Assembly: GCA_913020725.1 (NCBI GenBank)
Contig: CAJWCD010000024.1
Location: forward strand, 1 to 30,573
Length of the DNA stretch: 30,573 bases
Source of the DNA: an uncultured Pseudomonadota bacterium
Lineage (GTDB): Bacteria; SAR324; NAC60-12
Reading direction: 5' to 3'
The position numbers and the translations under genes are program-made. The notes below the pieces were generated by a model. That model searched no databases. It worked only from the letters and a program-made list of their open reading frames with translations, and was not told the DNA's origin. This document shows positions 1 through 6,676 of the stretch, in pieces (position 1 is the first letter of the stretch; the number at the start of each line of letters is the position of its first letter).

Positions 1-20
1 TTCGTCTTGCCCGGGACTAA
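1..20 (+). CDS. 3' end (partial) of probable FGE-sulfatase/CLec-fold DGR target gene
   Basis: From nt 3 the frame reads CGT CTT GCC CGG GAC TAA = RLARD*, preceded by xTT (F if TTT). This matches the GFRxxR C-terminus of FGE/CLec-fold proteins. It is followed directly by hairpins and an avd gene. Only 20 nt are visible. Confidence 0.55.
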
Positions 21-40
21 CCCTCTTCCCTTTTCCAAAG

Positions 41-73
41 ACCCCTGCGTGGGGTGAGGGGGCGTCAGCCCCC
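41..73 (+). promoter_or_regulatory. GC-rich hairpin pair downstream of putative DGR target (candidate DGR homing hairpin/cruciform)
   Basis: ACCCC-TGCGT-GGGGT (41-55) and GGGGGC-GTCA-GCCCCC (58-73, 6-bp stem, 4-nt loop), 21-53 nt after the putative target stop codon. There is no U-tract right after the stem. Confidence 0.55.
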
Positions 74-85
74 CGGATTTCCCCA

Positions 86-520
86 ATGCCCAAAATGCGT
101 ACAACTCCGGTGGAATCCGTGGAGACGTGCCACAAGTTGCTGCTGTGGCTGGTCCCCCATCTCGACAAGTTCCCGCGCAACCGACGCTTCACGCTGGGAG
201 AGCGGCTGGAATCGACGCTGCTTATGGTACTGGAGGAAGTCATTGAGGCATTCTACAGCCGCGAGAAGCAAGCCTCACTGCACCGGGCCAACCGACGGTT
301 GGCGGTGGCGCGGCACCTGTGGCGACTTTGCCACGAATTGCAGGTGATTTCCACTCGTCGCTACGAACACGGGGCACAACTGGACTGGGAGGGTTTCAAT
401 CTCGCCGTGCAAAGCTGGATCGGCCACGCACAGCACGCGGAGACGGAGGGCTTGCGTCCCCACGGCATTTCTGGAATGCTGAAGCCTGCTCAACCCTTCT
501 ATTTCTGGAGATTGCCATGA
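86..520 (+). CDS. avd: DGR accessory variability determinant Avd (four-helix bundle), C-terminally fused to an RT-tail-like peptide; probably a remnant
   Basis: [28 protein letters not shown]...[30 protein letters not shown] is typical of bAvd-like proteins. The usual terminal GxxIGGW helix is absent and replaced by [26 protein letters not shown]. Confidence 0.85.
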   Translation: MPKMRTTPVESVETCHKLLLWLVPHLDKFPRNRRFTLGERLESTLLMVLEEVIEAFYSREKQASLHRANRRLAVARHLWRLCHELQVISTRRYEHGAQLDWEGFNLAVQSWIGHAQHAETEGLRPHGISGMLKPAQPFYFWRLP

Positions 521-933
521 AGTACCTGCACACGATGATCCGTGTCCGTGACCTTGACGCCACCCTCGACTTCTTCATCAACAAACTCGGTTTTGTCGAA
601 CAGCGTCGCAAAGACTCTGAAGCGGGCCGCTTCACGCTGGTGTTCCTCGCACCGACTCCGGATGACCCACCGCTGGAACTGACTTACAACTGGGATCCGG
701 AAGCCTACGGCGGGGGACGCAATTTTGGGCATGTTGCCTACTCCGTCGAAAACATCTACGACTACTGCGCCAAGTTGCAGGAGTCCGGAATTCCGATCCT
801 GCGACCGCCCCGCGACGGCAAGATGGCGTTCATCCGGACACCGGATGAGATTTCCATTGAACTCTTGCAGGAAGGCGAGGCGCTGCCACCGCAGGAACCG
901 TGGACTTCGCTGCCGAACCAAGGCGAGTGGTGA
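517..933 (+). CDS. gloA: Lactoylglutathione lyase (glyoxalase I, VOC family)
   Basis: [14 protein letters not shown]...GRFTLVFL...[23 protein letters not shown]...[30 protein letters not shown] at 507-510, ATG at 517. Confidence 0.93.
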   Translation: MKYLHTMIRVRDLDATLDFFINKLGFVEQRRKDSEAGRFTLVFLAPTPDDPPLELTYNWDPEAYGGGRNFGHVAYSVENIYDYCAKLQESGIPILRPPRDGKMAFIRTPDEISIELLQEGEALPPQEPWTSLPNQGEW

Positions 934-934
934 G

Positions 935-1504
935 ATGCTGAAGCACCTGCGAGTGCTGATTCACGAACACATCATGCTGCCCATCACGGCGAGCAATGCA
1001 CCCGTTGCCCAACTCAGTTGGGGAGTTGCGGTGGGCATGTTTGTGGGGTTGACCCCGACGATGGGCGTGCAGATGTACCTTGCCGCCATGATTTGGGCAG
1101 TGAGCCGCTACATCCTCCAGTTTCCGTTCAACCTTCCTGTGGCCGTGGCGCTGGTCTGGATCACCAACCCGATCACGGTGGTGCCGATCTATTACGTTTT
1201 CCTCGCCACGGGTTCCCTGCTGCTCCAGAACGGTGAAGCCCTCAACTATGCCCACTTTGCGGAAAGCTTCGGGCGCATCGCCGCACTGGAGAGTGCATGG
1301 GACTCCATCGTCGAGGGCACCCGCTTTCTGCTCGTCGATCTTGGCTGGCCGATGGTCGTGGGCGGTTTGGCCTATGCGATTCCGGGAGCCATCCTCGGTT
1401 ATTTCCTCACTTTTCGGTTTGTCACCCGGCACCGCCGCCAAAAGGCCGCAGCGGCCAACATGGGCTACGAGCAGTGGCAGGCCATCAACGAGGTCATGCA
1501 CTGA
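935..1504 (+). CDS. DUF2062 family membrane protein
   Basis: GVAVGMFVGLTPTMGVQ...NLPVAVALVWITNPITVVPIY motif with several hydrophobic helices. ATG lies 1 nt after the gloA stop. Confidence 0.85.
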   Translation: MLKHLRVLIHEHIMLPITASNAPVAQLSWGVAVGMFVGLTPTMGVQMYLAAMIWAVSRYILQFPFNLPVAVALVWITNPITVVPIYYVFLATGSLLLQNGEALNYAHFAESFGRIAALESAWDSIVEGTRFLLVDLGWPMVVGGLAYAIPGAILGYFLTFRFVTRHRRQKAAAANMGYEQWQAINEVMH

Positions 1505-1527
1505 TCCCCACCGCAGAGAAAATAAGC

Positions 1528-2703
1528 ATGGAGGCAGAAGGCAGAAAGCGGCTGTACCAGATGGGCAACCGCCTGCACGAGGACGGGCATCCGGAGCAGG
1601 CCCGGCACGTTTGGCAACAGCTTGCGCTCGCTGCGGAGCCTCCGGAGACGCCAACCCCTTCCAACGCCAAACCCCTCAATCTCAACCACCTGCGCTGGAA
1701 GGTGGTCGGTTCGGTGTTACTCACGCTGATCTGCCTCTACGTCATCCTCTTCACCGCCTTTCCTCGCCGCGCCGATCCGTTCCTCGCGCTCATCAACGCT
1801 CTGACCGCCTCGCAACCTCAATCCGCGTGGGACGAATTTTGGTACACCGGACGCCCCTCGCTGGGCCAGCGTCGCTACTCGCAAGCCGATGAGGTTTGGC
1901 CGTTGCTTGAGGAGATGTTTGAGACGCTGCTGGGACAGAACGACTCACAGAATCAACAGCAGCGCAAATCCGGATTGGAAGATTGGCTGGAACGTTACCG
2001 ACGGCTCCGGGGCGGGCCGATGCACCCCACCGACTACTATGTCATCACCGGACGCGGGCTTTTCAACACGCGCCGCTTTCCTGAGGCGGTCACCGTCTTT
2101 CAGGAAGGCTTGCTCCACGCCAAGACTCCGGAGCAGCGCGGCAGCCTCTTTCAGGAAATCGGCACCACCTACTACTATCAGGGCTATCACCTTCAGCCCA
2201 ACGGGCTTGCCGAGTATGACCTGCACATGGTGCAGAAATCCGTGGATGCCTACAAGCAAGCAATTCGCTACACGGAAGGGGCCTACCTCTACGGCAACCT
2301 TGGCTGGGGGTATTATCTGCTGGAGGATTACGACCGTGCAGTGGAACACGGACAGCGGGCACTGGCGTTGGACCCGAAGCTCAACTATGTCCGCATGAAC
2401 CTCGGCATCACCTTTTTGCGGCAACACCGCTACAGCGAGTCGTTTCAGGCGTATGAGAGCATCCTGCGCTTCAATCCGGACGCGCTGGAATACGAGGGCG
2501 GGATTCGGGATTTGCTGGAACTGGAGCGGGAGCGCCCGGGGCGTTACCCCTTCATTCCCTTCATCCTCGGTTTCATCTACAAGAAGCAGGAACGCTACGC
2601 GCTGGCGCATGAGCAACTGGAGCGTTTCCTTGCGCGTCTGTTCCCGGAGGCCTTCTGGAAATCACAGGCCCGGCGGCTGCTTCAGGAAATGAGCGCCGGC
2701 TGA
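1528..2703 (+). CDS. Membrane-anchored tetratricopeptide repeat protein
   Basis: TM segment VVGSVLLTLICLYVILFTAF and TPR-like repeats (LYGNLGWGYYLLEDYDRAVEHGQRALALDPK; VRMNLGITFLRQHRYSESFQAYESIL). Start taken at ATG 1528, after the upstream stop. Confidence 0.8.
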   Translation: MEAEGRKRLYQMGNRLHEDGHPEQARHVWQQLALAAEPPETPTPSNAKPLNLNHLRWKVVGSVLLTLICLYVILFTAFPRRADPFLALINALTASQPQSAWDEFWYTGRPSLGQRRYSQADEVWPLLEEMFETLLGQNDSQNQQQRKSGLEDWLERYRRLRGGPMHPTDYYVITGRGLFNTRRFPEAVTVFQEGLLHAKTPEQRGSLFQEIGTTYYYQGYHLQPNGLAEYDLHMVQKSVDAYKQAIRYTEGAYLYGNLGWGYYLLEDYDRAVEHGQRALALDPKLNYVRMNLGITFLRQHRYSESFQAYESILRFNPDALEYEGGIRDLLELERERPGRYPFIPFILGFIYKKQERYALAHEQLERFLARLFPEAFWKSQARRLLQEMSAG

Positions 2704-3006
2704 TCACCCCTTGCGCAACCGTTCCAGATGAGCCTCCCACTCGACGGGCAGCAGGTGGAGTTTTTGCGTGTTACACGCCTTGCAACACGGCACCACGTTC
2801 GCTTTGGTGGTCTTGCCGCCTCGGGCGAGGGGGACGATGTGATCCATCGTCAGTTCCCGTGCCGGAACCTCACGCTCGCAGTAGTGGCAGTGGTTGTGCG
2901 CCCGACGATTTTTCCACCACTGCGACTGCTTGAGTTCCCGCGCCTTGCGCCGCTCGCGCTTGAGGTCTTCCGGGTCTGGAGGCCAGTACCAGGTGTCCTC
3001 GACCAT
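2704..3006 (-). CDS. Small HNH endonuclease family protein
   Basis: CHYC...LTMDHIVPLARGGKTTKANVVPCCKACNTQK is a zinc-binding HNH motif. The start overlaps the tolB stop by 1 nt. Confidence 0.9.
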   Translation of the reverse strand: MVEDTWYWPPDPEDLKRERRKARELKQSQWWKNRRAHNHCHYCEREVPARELTMDHIVPLARGGKTTKANVVPCCKACNTQKLHLLPVEWEAHLERLRKG

Positions 3007-4313
3007 CAGAAATTCCGGGTGCTCCAGTTGGGGCCAGTTTCCTCAAATTCGCGGGGGATGCGCGTAAGCCGACGCATCCCGGAACCATCCATGAAAATGA
3101 CGTAGAGTTTGTAGGTGCCCGTGGGGTTCGCCGAGAACGTCAGCAGCCGCCCGTCCGGAGACCAAGAGGGCTGTTCGCAATCGTAGTTGCCGCGTGTGAG
3201 CCTGCGGGATTCCTCGGTGAAGGGGTCCATAATGAAGATCTGCTGGCGCCCCCCGATCATCTTGGAATACGCGATCAGTGTGCCGTCCGGGGACCAGACC
3301 GGGTTGCTATTACTGGAGCCGTCAAAGGTGAGTTGGAAGGCGATTCCCGCGTCAAGTTCCTGATAGAAAAGCTGTTCGCGCCCGGTGCGGTCGGAGACGA
3401 AAACGATGTGCTGGTTGTCCGGAGCAAGGTGGGGCGAGGTGTCAATGCGCCGATGTTTGGTCAAGCGTTTGGGTTCGGCGCGAGTCCGGAGGTTGAACTC
3501 GTAGAGATCGGCGTTGCCGTTGCGACTGAGCGTGAGGATGATGCGCTCGTTGTCGTCAAACCAAGTGCCGCCGCTGGTGATTCCGAACTGCCCCTTGCGC
3601 GAAAGCAACACCCGCATGGGTTGGCCCTTCAGGCGATCCAATATGATCGCAGTGCCTTGACGGCTCACCGTGGTGTAGATCAGGCTTTTGCCGTCTGGAG
3701 ACCAGCGCGGGAAGAGGCTGATGAAGGGGTTGCGCGAAACGCCAGCAAGCCGCCGTCCGTGGGTGTTGATGCGGGCAATGATTTTGCGGCGTCCGGGTTG
3801 GCGCAAACTGAAGGCGACCGTGCTGCCCAGCGAGGCCGGAATCCCCGTGAGTTCTCCGGCGATGCGGTTGACGAGGTCCATCACCCCGGTTTCCTCAAAT
3901 TCGCCGTTCCGCAGCGTCATGTCCTGCGAGAGCAGCACACTGCCGTCGTTGCCTGCGACCGCAAGCCGGATGAGAGCCCCCCCCTTAGTTTTCACAAGTT
4001 GGGCGAGCAACTGCATGTCCGGGGCGTGTCCCTGCGCCTTGCAGGCGTTGTAGCGCGAATCCTGAATCCGGAAGACACCGCTCCAGCAGAGGTTGCGGTC
4101 GAAAATCCGCAGCCAGCGCGCAGCCTCCGGATGCGCCGCAAAGGCCGCATCTGGCTCAAGCTGCACTGTGAAGCGCGAGAAGCCGATTCCGCTGATGATG
4201 ATCTCTTCGCTGGAATACGTCTGGGCGTGTGCGGTAGAGAAGCATGCAATTCCCGCCCACACGAAAATCACCACCGCCCAATTTTTTAAAGGTCTACTCA
4301 AGGTTCTGCTCAA
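3006..4313 (-). CDS. tolB: Tol-Pal system beta-propeller protein TolB
   Basis: Signal peptide, TolB_N-like domain, and PD40 repeats (PRWSPDGK, PVWSPDGT, PSWSPDGR, SRNGNADLY, FVSDRTG). Lies downstream of a TolA/TonB-like gene. Confidence 0.85.
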   Translation of the reverse strand: MSRTLSRPLKNWAVVIFVWAGIACFSTAHAQTYSSEEIIISGIGFSRFTVQLEPDAAFAAHPEAARWLRIFDRNLCWSGVFRIQDSRYNACKAQGHAPDMQLLAQLVKTKGGALIRLAVAGNDGSVLLSQDMTLRNGEFEETGVMDLVNRIAGELTGIPASLGSTVAFSLRQPGRRKIIARINTHGRRLAGVSRNPFISLFPRWSPDGKSLIYTTVSRQGTAIILDRLKGQPMRVLLSRKGQFGITSGGTWFDDNERIILTLSRNGNADLYEFNLRTRAEPKRLTKHRRIDTSPHLAPDNQHIVFVSDRTGREQLFYQELDAGIAFQLTFDGSSNSNPVWSPDGTLIAYSKMIGGRQQIFIMDPFTEESRRLTRGNYDCEQPSWSPDGRLLTFSANPTGTYKLYVIFMDGSGMRRLTRIPREFEETGPNWSTRNF

Positions 4314-6130
4314 TTCTTTGGAGTGAATCTGACCACCACATTGTAGGGTGGTTTTTTCGCAAGCGCCTCTGGAAGCGGAGCGAGTTGCGCCAACCGAATC
4401 GCTGCCCGGACTTTCTTGACAAAGCTCGTCGAGGCTTTGGTTTCCTCCACAGTAAAGCGGAGGATTTCCCCAGATACCGCGATCTCCAACCGAATCCGCA
4501 CATAGCGATCTTTGCGGGAGGCACCTCCCACCTTCGGTTGGATTTTCCCTTGAATGTGCAGGTTGTATTCCCGCTCAGCCTTTTGGAGCTGCTTGATTGC
4601 TTCAAACCCAGAAAGATTCAGTAAGTTCTTTTGGTTTGAATCAACGACCGACTCCACCTCCAACACCAGTGGGAATTCCTCCAGCGGAGTGTTGATCAGG
4701 TCTTCGTCCTCGAAAAAACTGTTTTCCAAAGTGGGGGTGTCCAACGAAACGGGAGCGGGTGCCGTCGGTGCCGCAAGCAAATCCGTGTTGGAAACCGTGG
4801 GGAGCGCGGGGTCCAGTGTTGAGGGCAGCGCCATTTCCGTTGTTGAAGGCACGGCTACCGCAAGAGCGGTTGCTGACTGCTGGGGAGCAAGCTTCGGAGT
4901 GGTGAGTTTTGGTGTTTTCAGTGCAGGCTTGGCAACTGCCAAATTTCCAGAGCTGATCCTCGTTTTTGCAGTTTTCAGGGAGGGTTTGGGGGTGGCGATT
5001 TTCCCAATTCCTGCAAGCTTGGGTTTGGGGAGTTGGGTTCCGGACAAGCGCGGAGTGGTCGGCACCTCACCCGCCTTCACCTTGGGGAGGCTCAGCTTGG
5101 TTTTGAGGTTCGGCAACACAGTGGTCTTCGGTTTCACCAAAGGTGTACTGCGGGGATTCAAACGAAGCTTCGTTGGGGTTTTCGTTGCTGTCTTTCGGAT
5201 TGGGCGCAGTTTCGGGGTTTTGAGGATGGACTGCTTTTGCTTCGTCGCTTTTTTGCTCCCAGATTTCCGGATTTGCACCGCCTTGAGTGCGGGTTGTTTT
5301 TGCTTCGTCGCTTTTTTACTCCCGGGTTTCCGACTTTGCACTTTTGGTTGCTCAGGGCGGGCTACCGTAACATGTTTCCGTTTTGAAGGCACTGGCTTGG
5401 GCGGGGCTGGAATCGCAGAGGCTTGCTGCTTCGCCGAGGGCATTTTCTTTGAGTGTTTCGACTTGATGGGCGAGTTCGGCTGCGGTTTGAGCGTCGGCTG
5501 CACCGGAGCCGACGGTGTGGGGGACGTGCTGGGTGCGGACAAATTCAAAGGTGCGAGAGCTGTGGCCTCCCCAGTTTTTGGCTGAACCGTTGCTGGTGTT
5601 GCCAGCGACGCTGTGGTTTGCTGAACCTCCGGAGTCGCAATCAAGGTCGCGGTTTCGGACACCCCCCGCAGCATTGGTGTGGGCACCAACCTGGGCGGTG
5701 TCGGCGTAGGCTTGGCTGCGGAGGGTGCCACCGTGGATGCCGTTTGAGAAGGTGCAGGCGGTTCCGGCTCTGTTGGTGTGGGGCGGACGGACTCCGGCTG
5801 GGGGGAAGGAGTTGTTGGCGCTTCCGGTTTTGGCTTTTCTGGAGGAGGTGCTTCAATGACTGGCTTCTGCAACAAAGCTGCTTCCTGCGATGCTTTGGTG
5901 GGCTTGGGCTTGGGCTTAACAGGTTTACGAACCACCGGCTTGGGACGGACAATCGTAACTCCGACGCTGGCCCTCACGGGTTCGGGTTCTGGAGCCTCCT
6001 GCCATGCCCCCCAAGTGCTGATTGCCCCAAGCAGCAGCAGGTGGAGCAACAGTGATCCCAGCACCCCCCAACCAAAGCGTGAACGGGCGGTGGGAAGGGA
6101 AAATTGTTGGAGCGGTTGAACCGTGTTCAT
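4310..6130 (-). CDS. TolA/TonB-like energy transducer with very long Pro/Lys-rich linker
   Basis: N-terminal TM with SLLLHLLLL (TonB/TolA S-x3-H motif), long Pro/Thr/Lys-rich linker, and C-terminal TonB_C/TolA-III-like domain (VRIRLEIAVSGEILRFTV...AIRLAQLAPLP). 4-nt overlap with tolB. Confidence 0.8.
   Translation of the reverse strand: MNTVQPLQQFSLPTARSRFGWGVLGSLLLHLLLLGAISTWGAWQEAPEPEPVRASVGVTIVRPKPVVRKPVKPKPKPTKASQEAALLQKPVIEAPPPEKPKPEAPTTPSPQPESVRPTPTEPEPPAPSQTASTVAPSAAKPTPTPPRLVPTPMLRGVSETATLIATPEVQQTTASLATPATVQPKTGEATALAPLNLSAPSTSPTPSAPVQPTLKPQPNSPIKSKHSKKMPSAKQQASAIPAPPKPVPSKRKHVTVARPEQPKVQSRKPGSKKATKQKQPALKAVQIRKSGSKKATKQKQSILKTPKLRPIRKTATKTPTKLRLNPRSTPLVKPKTTVLPNLKTKLSLPKVKAGEVPTTPRLSGTQLPKPKLAGIGKIATPKPSLKTAKTRISSGNLAVAKPALKTPKLTTPKLAPQQSATALAVAVPSTTEMALPSTLDPALPTVSNTDLLAAPTAPAPVSLDTPTLENSFFEDEDLINTPLEEFPLVLEVESVVDSNQKNLLNLSGFEAIKQLQKAEREYNLHIQGKIQPKVGGASRKDRYVRIRLEIAVSGEILRFTVEETKASTSFVKKVRAAIRLAQLAPLPEALAKKPPYNVVVRFTPKN
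5235..5341. repeat. Imperfect 63-nt-period tandem duplication inside the TolA-like gene
   Basis: TTTTGCTTCGTCGCTTTTTT... at 5235 and 5298, encoding VQSRKPGSKKATKQKQ / VQIRKSGSKKATKQKQ. Confidence 0.85.
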
Positions 6131-6194
6131 GAGGGTTTGCCCACCGTGATTTTGCCAAATCTGAGAAGATCTGGTGCAATTTTCATATCCGGGC

Positions 6195-6221
6195 TTGACA
6201 TCTTCATGGAAGGATTATAGT
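6195..6221 (+). promoter_or_regulatory. Candidate sigma70 promoter for the HU gene
   Basis: Perfect TTGACA (6195-6200) and TATAGT (6216-6221). The 15-nt spacer is shorter than optimal. Confidence 0.5.
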
Positions 6222-6363
6222 CATAGCAAGGGCTAGCAGAACATTGCGAACCTTTCGCAAACGCAATGCCCGGCTCGCAGGAACGCGAGTTGATCCCCAA
6301 TCCAAGGAATGGAGTTGCCACAACTACCTTCCGTTTTTTAACCTTTCATCTTTGGACAAAGAC

Positions 6364-6639
6364 ATGACCAAATCTGAACTCGTGGATGCCATTGCCAGTG
6401 GTGCTGGCCTGAGTAAATCTGACGCAGCCAGCGCCCTTCAAGCCACTCTGGGTGCCGTTGAAAGCGCTCTGAAAAGCGGGGATTCCGTCTCCCTCATCGG
6501 CTTCGGCACCTTCTCCGTGGTCAAGCGCAGCGCCCGCATGGGTCGCAATCCGCAGAAGCCGGGAGAGCAGATCAGCATTCCGGCCTCAAAGGCTGTGAAA
6601 TTCAAGGTGGGCAGCAAGCTCAAGGCTGCCGTCAAGTAA
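6364..6639 (+). CDS. hup: DNA-binding protein HU
   Basis: MTKSELVDAIASGAGLSKSDA...GDSVSLIGFGTFSVVKRSARMGRNPQ...PASKAVKFKVGSKLK is the HU signature. Confidence 0.95.
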   Translation: MTKSELVDAIASGAGLSKSDAASALQATLGAVESALKSGDSVSLIGFGTFSVVKRSARMGRNPQKPGEQISIPASKAVKFKVGSKLKAAVK

Positions 6640-6650
6640 ACTCCCCTCCA

Positions 6651-6673
6651 ACGGGGCGCGACCTGCGCCTCGT
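6651..6673. terminator. Hairpin between convergent hup and mrcA
   Basis: ACGGGGCGC-GACCT-GCGCCTCGT, 9-bp stem with one G-U pair. There is no U-tract. Confidence 0.4.
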
Positions 6674-6676
6674 CCC

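Noticed and set aside
319..516. N-terminal extensions in the ORF track (gloA from 319; also DUF2062 from 725, TPR from 1297, carB from 10694, HU from 6244, XRE from 29405)
   Set aside because: They overlap upstream genes or leaders. Family N-termini and RBS positions support the downstream ATG starts.
383..520. Intact DGR reverse transcriptase or template repeat
   Set aside because: Only about 25 RT-like residues are present. There is no YxDD-type core and no AAC-rich TR-like non-coding segment between avd and gloA or elsewhere in the window.
2704..3006. HNH gene as a mobile homing endonuclease or defence system
   Set aside because: It is a small stand-alone HNH protein coupled to a housekeeping gene, with no intron, methyltransferase, phage or defence neighbours.
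6226..6320. c-di-GMP-I (GEMM) riboswitch
   Set aside because: ACGCAA and GTTGCC give a superficial resemblance, but the GNRA tetraloop stem and receptor architecture are not present.
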